64,000 nt of DNA from a virus. The notes under the pieces were generated by a model. That model searched no databases, was not told the origin of the DNA, and saw only the letters and a list, made by a program, of their open reading frames with translations. This document shows positions 62,643-64,000 of this stretch, piece by piece; position 1 is the stretch's first letter, and the number at the start of each line of letters is the position of its first letter. Location: IMG/VR virus record IMGVR_UViG_3300025133_000024; one strand, given 5' to 3'. The position numbers and the translations under genes are program-made.

Positions 62643-63664
62643 TATTTGTAAAGCCTTTCATGAATGTCCAAATAAGATTGCATAAGTCCAACATCAATTG
62701 ATGTCTTTGGCTTCCAATCTAAAACATCATAAGCCTCCGAACAATCGCAATATTGTCTCTCAAGATTCCCAGGTGTTTTTTCTGTTTCAATCTCGATATT
62801 TTCTTTTTGTGAAATCTTAACAATTTTTTCAACAATCGTTTTGATTTTATAATAATTGTTGTTTCCGATATTAAGAGGACCAATTACTTCTTTTTTTTCT
62901 GCGGATAACTCAATCATTTTGAAAATTGCTTCTAATGCATCATCAATGTAACAATAAGAGCGAACTTCTTTTCCGTTTGTCATAAGTTTGACAGGTAACA
63001 CTGGATGTTCACAAACCCTTCTGCACATAACTGGGATGAGGGATGATTTGTGGATTTGCATTGGTTGTCCAGGACCATAAATTCCATTCAACCTTGCAAT
63101 AGAAATACCTTGAAATACATTTACATTCATTTCAAGTTTCTTTTCCATGATTCTCTTTACCCATCCATAAGAAATATCATAATCCTCTAAAGAATATGGT
63201 TTCTCCAAAAGGTCTTTTTCCTTCAATGGAGACTCAAAATGTGGAGGATAAACATGAGATGAACTTGCATAAAAGAAATATTTCACTTTTTGGAGAATTG
63301 ACAGTTTTAAAACTTGTGAATCAATATAAGAATTTTTTGCTGCAATAAGACCATCATTGTGTTTATAATAATGGTAGCCACCAACTAATGCAGCCAAATG
63401 AATAACAACATCGGCTTTGTGAAAAAAATTAATAAATCTTTTATGTGAGTCTCTATACAAATCTGCATTACAGAAAGTCGGTGCTTTGTGTAAAGAACCT
63501 TCAAATGTATCAGCGTAATATAATCTTAATGGTCGAAGTGATTCTGAATTGGACTCAATTGCTATAATCTCTGAACCTGCATCAAACAATGACCGGAAAA
63601 TATGTTTACCGATAAATCCACCTGCACCTGTTAAGACTACTTTTTTATCTTTCCACCATTTCAT
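62642..63664 (-). CDS. NAD-dependent epimerase (GDP-mannose 3,5-epimerase-like)
   Basis: TGAGGFIG, HLAALVGG, ASSSHVYP, YGWVK, RSYCYIDD. Confidence 0.82.
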   Translation of the reverse strand: MKWWKDKKVVLTGAGGFIGKHIFRSLFDAGSEIIAIESNSESLRPLRLYYADTFEGSLHKAPTFCNADLYRDSHKRFINFFHKADVVIHLAALVGGYHYYKHNDGLIAAKNSYIDSQVLKLSILQKVKYFFYASSSHVYPPHFESPLKEKDLLEKPYSLEDYDISYGWVKRIMEKKLEMNVNVFQGISIARLNGIYGPGQPMQIHKSSLIPVMCRRVCEHPVLPVKLMTNGKEVRSYCYIDDALEAIFKMIELSAEKKEVIGPLNIGNNNYYKIKTIVEKIVKISQKENIEIETEKTPGNLERQYCDCSEAYDVLDWKPKTSIDVGLMQSYLDIHERLYK

Positions 63665-64000
63665 TTTCTTGCTCTATCCTGATTTTGTTTATACCACTCA
63701 ATTGTTTCTTTTAATCCATCTGAGAGGGTGGTTGATGGGATGTTTGAAAAATCTTTTTTTAACTTTGTTAAATCATATACTCTTCGTTGCTGCCCATCAA
63801 GCTTTGGATATTTCCATAATATCTCACCTTCATATCCAACTTGTTTTTTAATTTCATTAATTAAATCAACAATAGACGTTTCAACACCTGTGCCAACATT
63901 ATAAGGTCCAAGTTGGTTAACAGAAAATGACTCTAAAATTACTTTCACCATGTCTTCAACATAAAGAAACTCTCTTGTTGCTTTACCAGAACCCCACACA
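63661..64000 (-). CDS. fcl: GDP-L-fucose synthase-like protein, C-terminal part (5-prime end beyond the window)
   Basis: VWGSGKATREFLYVED, NVGTG.E.SI, DGQ.RR. Confidence 0.75.
   Translation of the reverse strand, partial: VWGSGKATREFLYVEDMVKVILESFSVNQLGPYNVGTGVETSIVDLINEIKKQVGYEGEILWKYPKLDGQQRRVYDLTKLKKDFSNIPSTTLSDGLKETIEWYKQNQDRARK

Noticed and set aside
245-63851. Plus-strand ORFs and short alternative-frame minus ORFs in the track
   Set aside because: They all lie within longer minus-strand genes that tile the window, and none shows a recognisable motif; they are antisense or frame shadows.
1-64000. Alternative genetic code (TAG or TGA recoding, as in some huge phages)
   Set aside because: Genes tile with minimal gaps under the standard code, and TAG and TGA both act as stops at tight junctions.
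1-64000. CRISPR array, tRNA or rRNA genes
   Set aside because: No regularly spaced repeat-spacer structure or cloverleaf was seen, and there is almost no non-coding space.
1-64000. Eukaryotic giant virus or bacterial chromosome origin
   Set aside because: T4-type portal, terminase, protease and baseplate genes, bacterial promoter/RBS/terminator signals and the absence of housekeeping operons all indicate a bacteriophage.

Overview
This AT-rich 64-kb window is a segment of a very large tailed bacteriophage genome (jumbo/huge phage with T4-superfamily-like gene content and a contractile tail). About 70 genes lie on the minus strand, tightly packed, and tile under the standard code. From right to left in transcription order: (1) a nucleotide-sugar/heptose cluster (Fcl-like, epimerases, HldE-kinase-like, HddA, HAD phosphatase, cupin, RmlB) with a PD-(D/E)XK endonuclease; (2) a phage sigma-like factor; (3) baseplate/tail genes (M23-bearing gp5-like, spike, gp25, gp6, a 2821-aa LamG protein, other giant proteins); (4) a DNA-processing operon (RuvC, primase, SbcD-SbcC fusion) bounded by a perfect sigma70 promoter and a terminator; (5) a candidate lysis cassette; (6) head genes (terminase, intein-containing portal, prohead protease) and ribosomal protein bS21. 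No major capsid, sheath or tube gene, tRNA or CRISPR array is visible. The most interesting signal is a set of unrelated proteins scattered among the structural genes that carry short shared N- or C-terminal IIxEE/LxE-type tags. They include an ADP-ribosyltransferase-like protein and two zinc metallopeptidases, suggesting a tag-directed virion cargo/effector system. All product calls come from motif recognition by eye; no database search was run.
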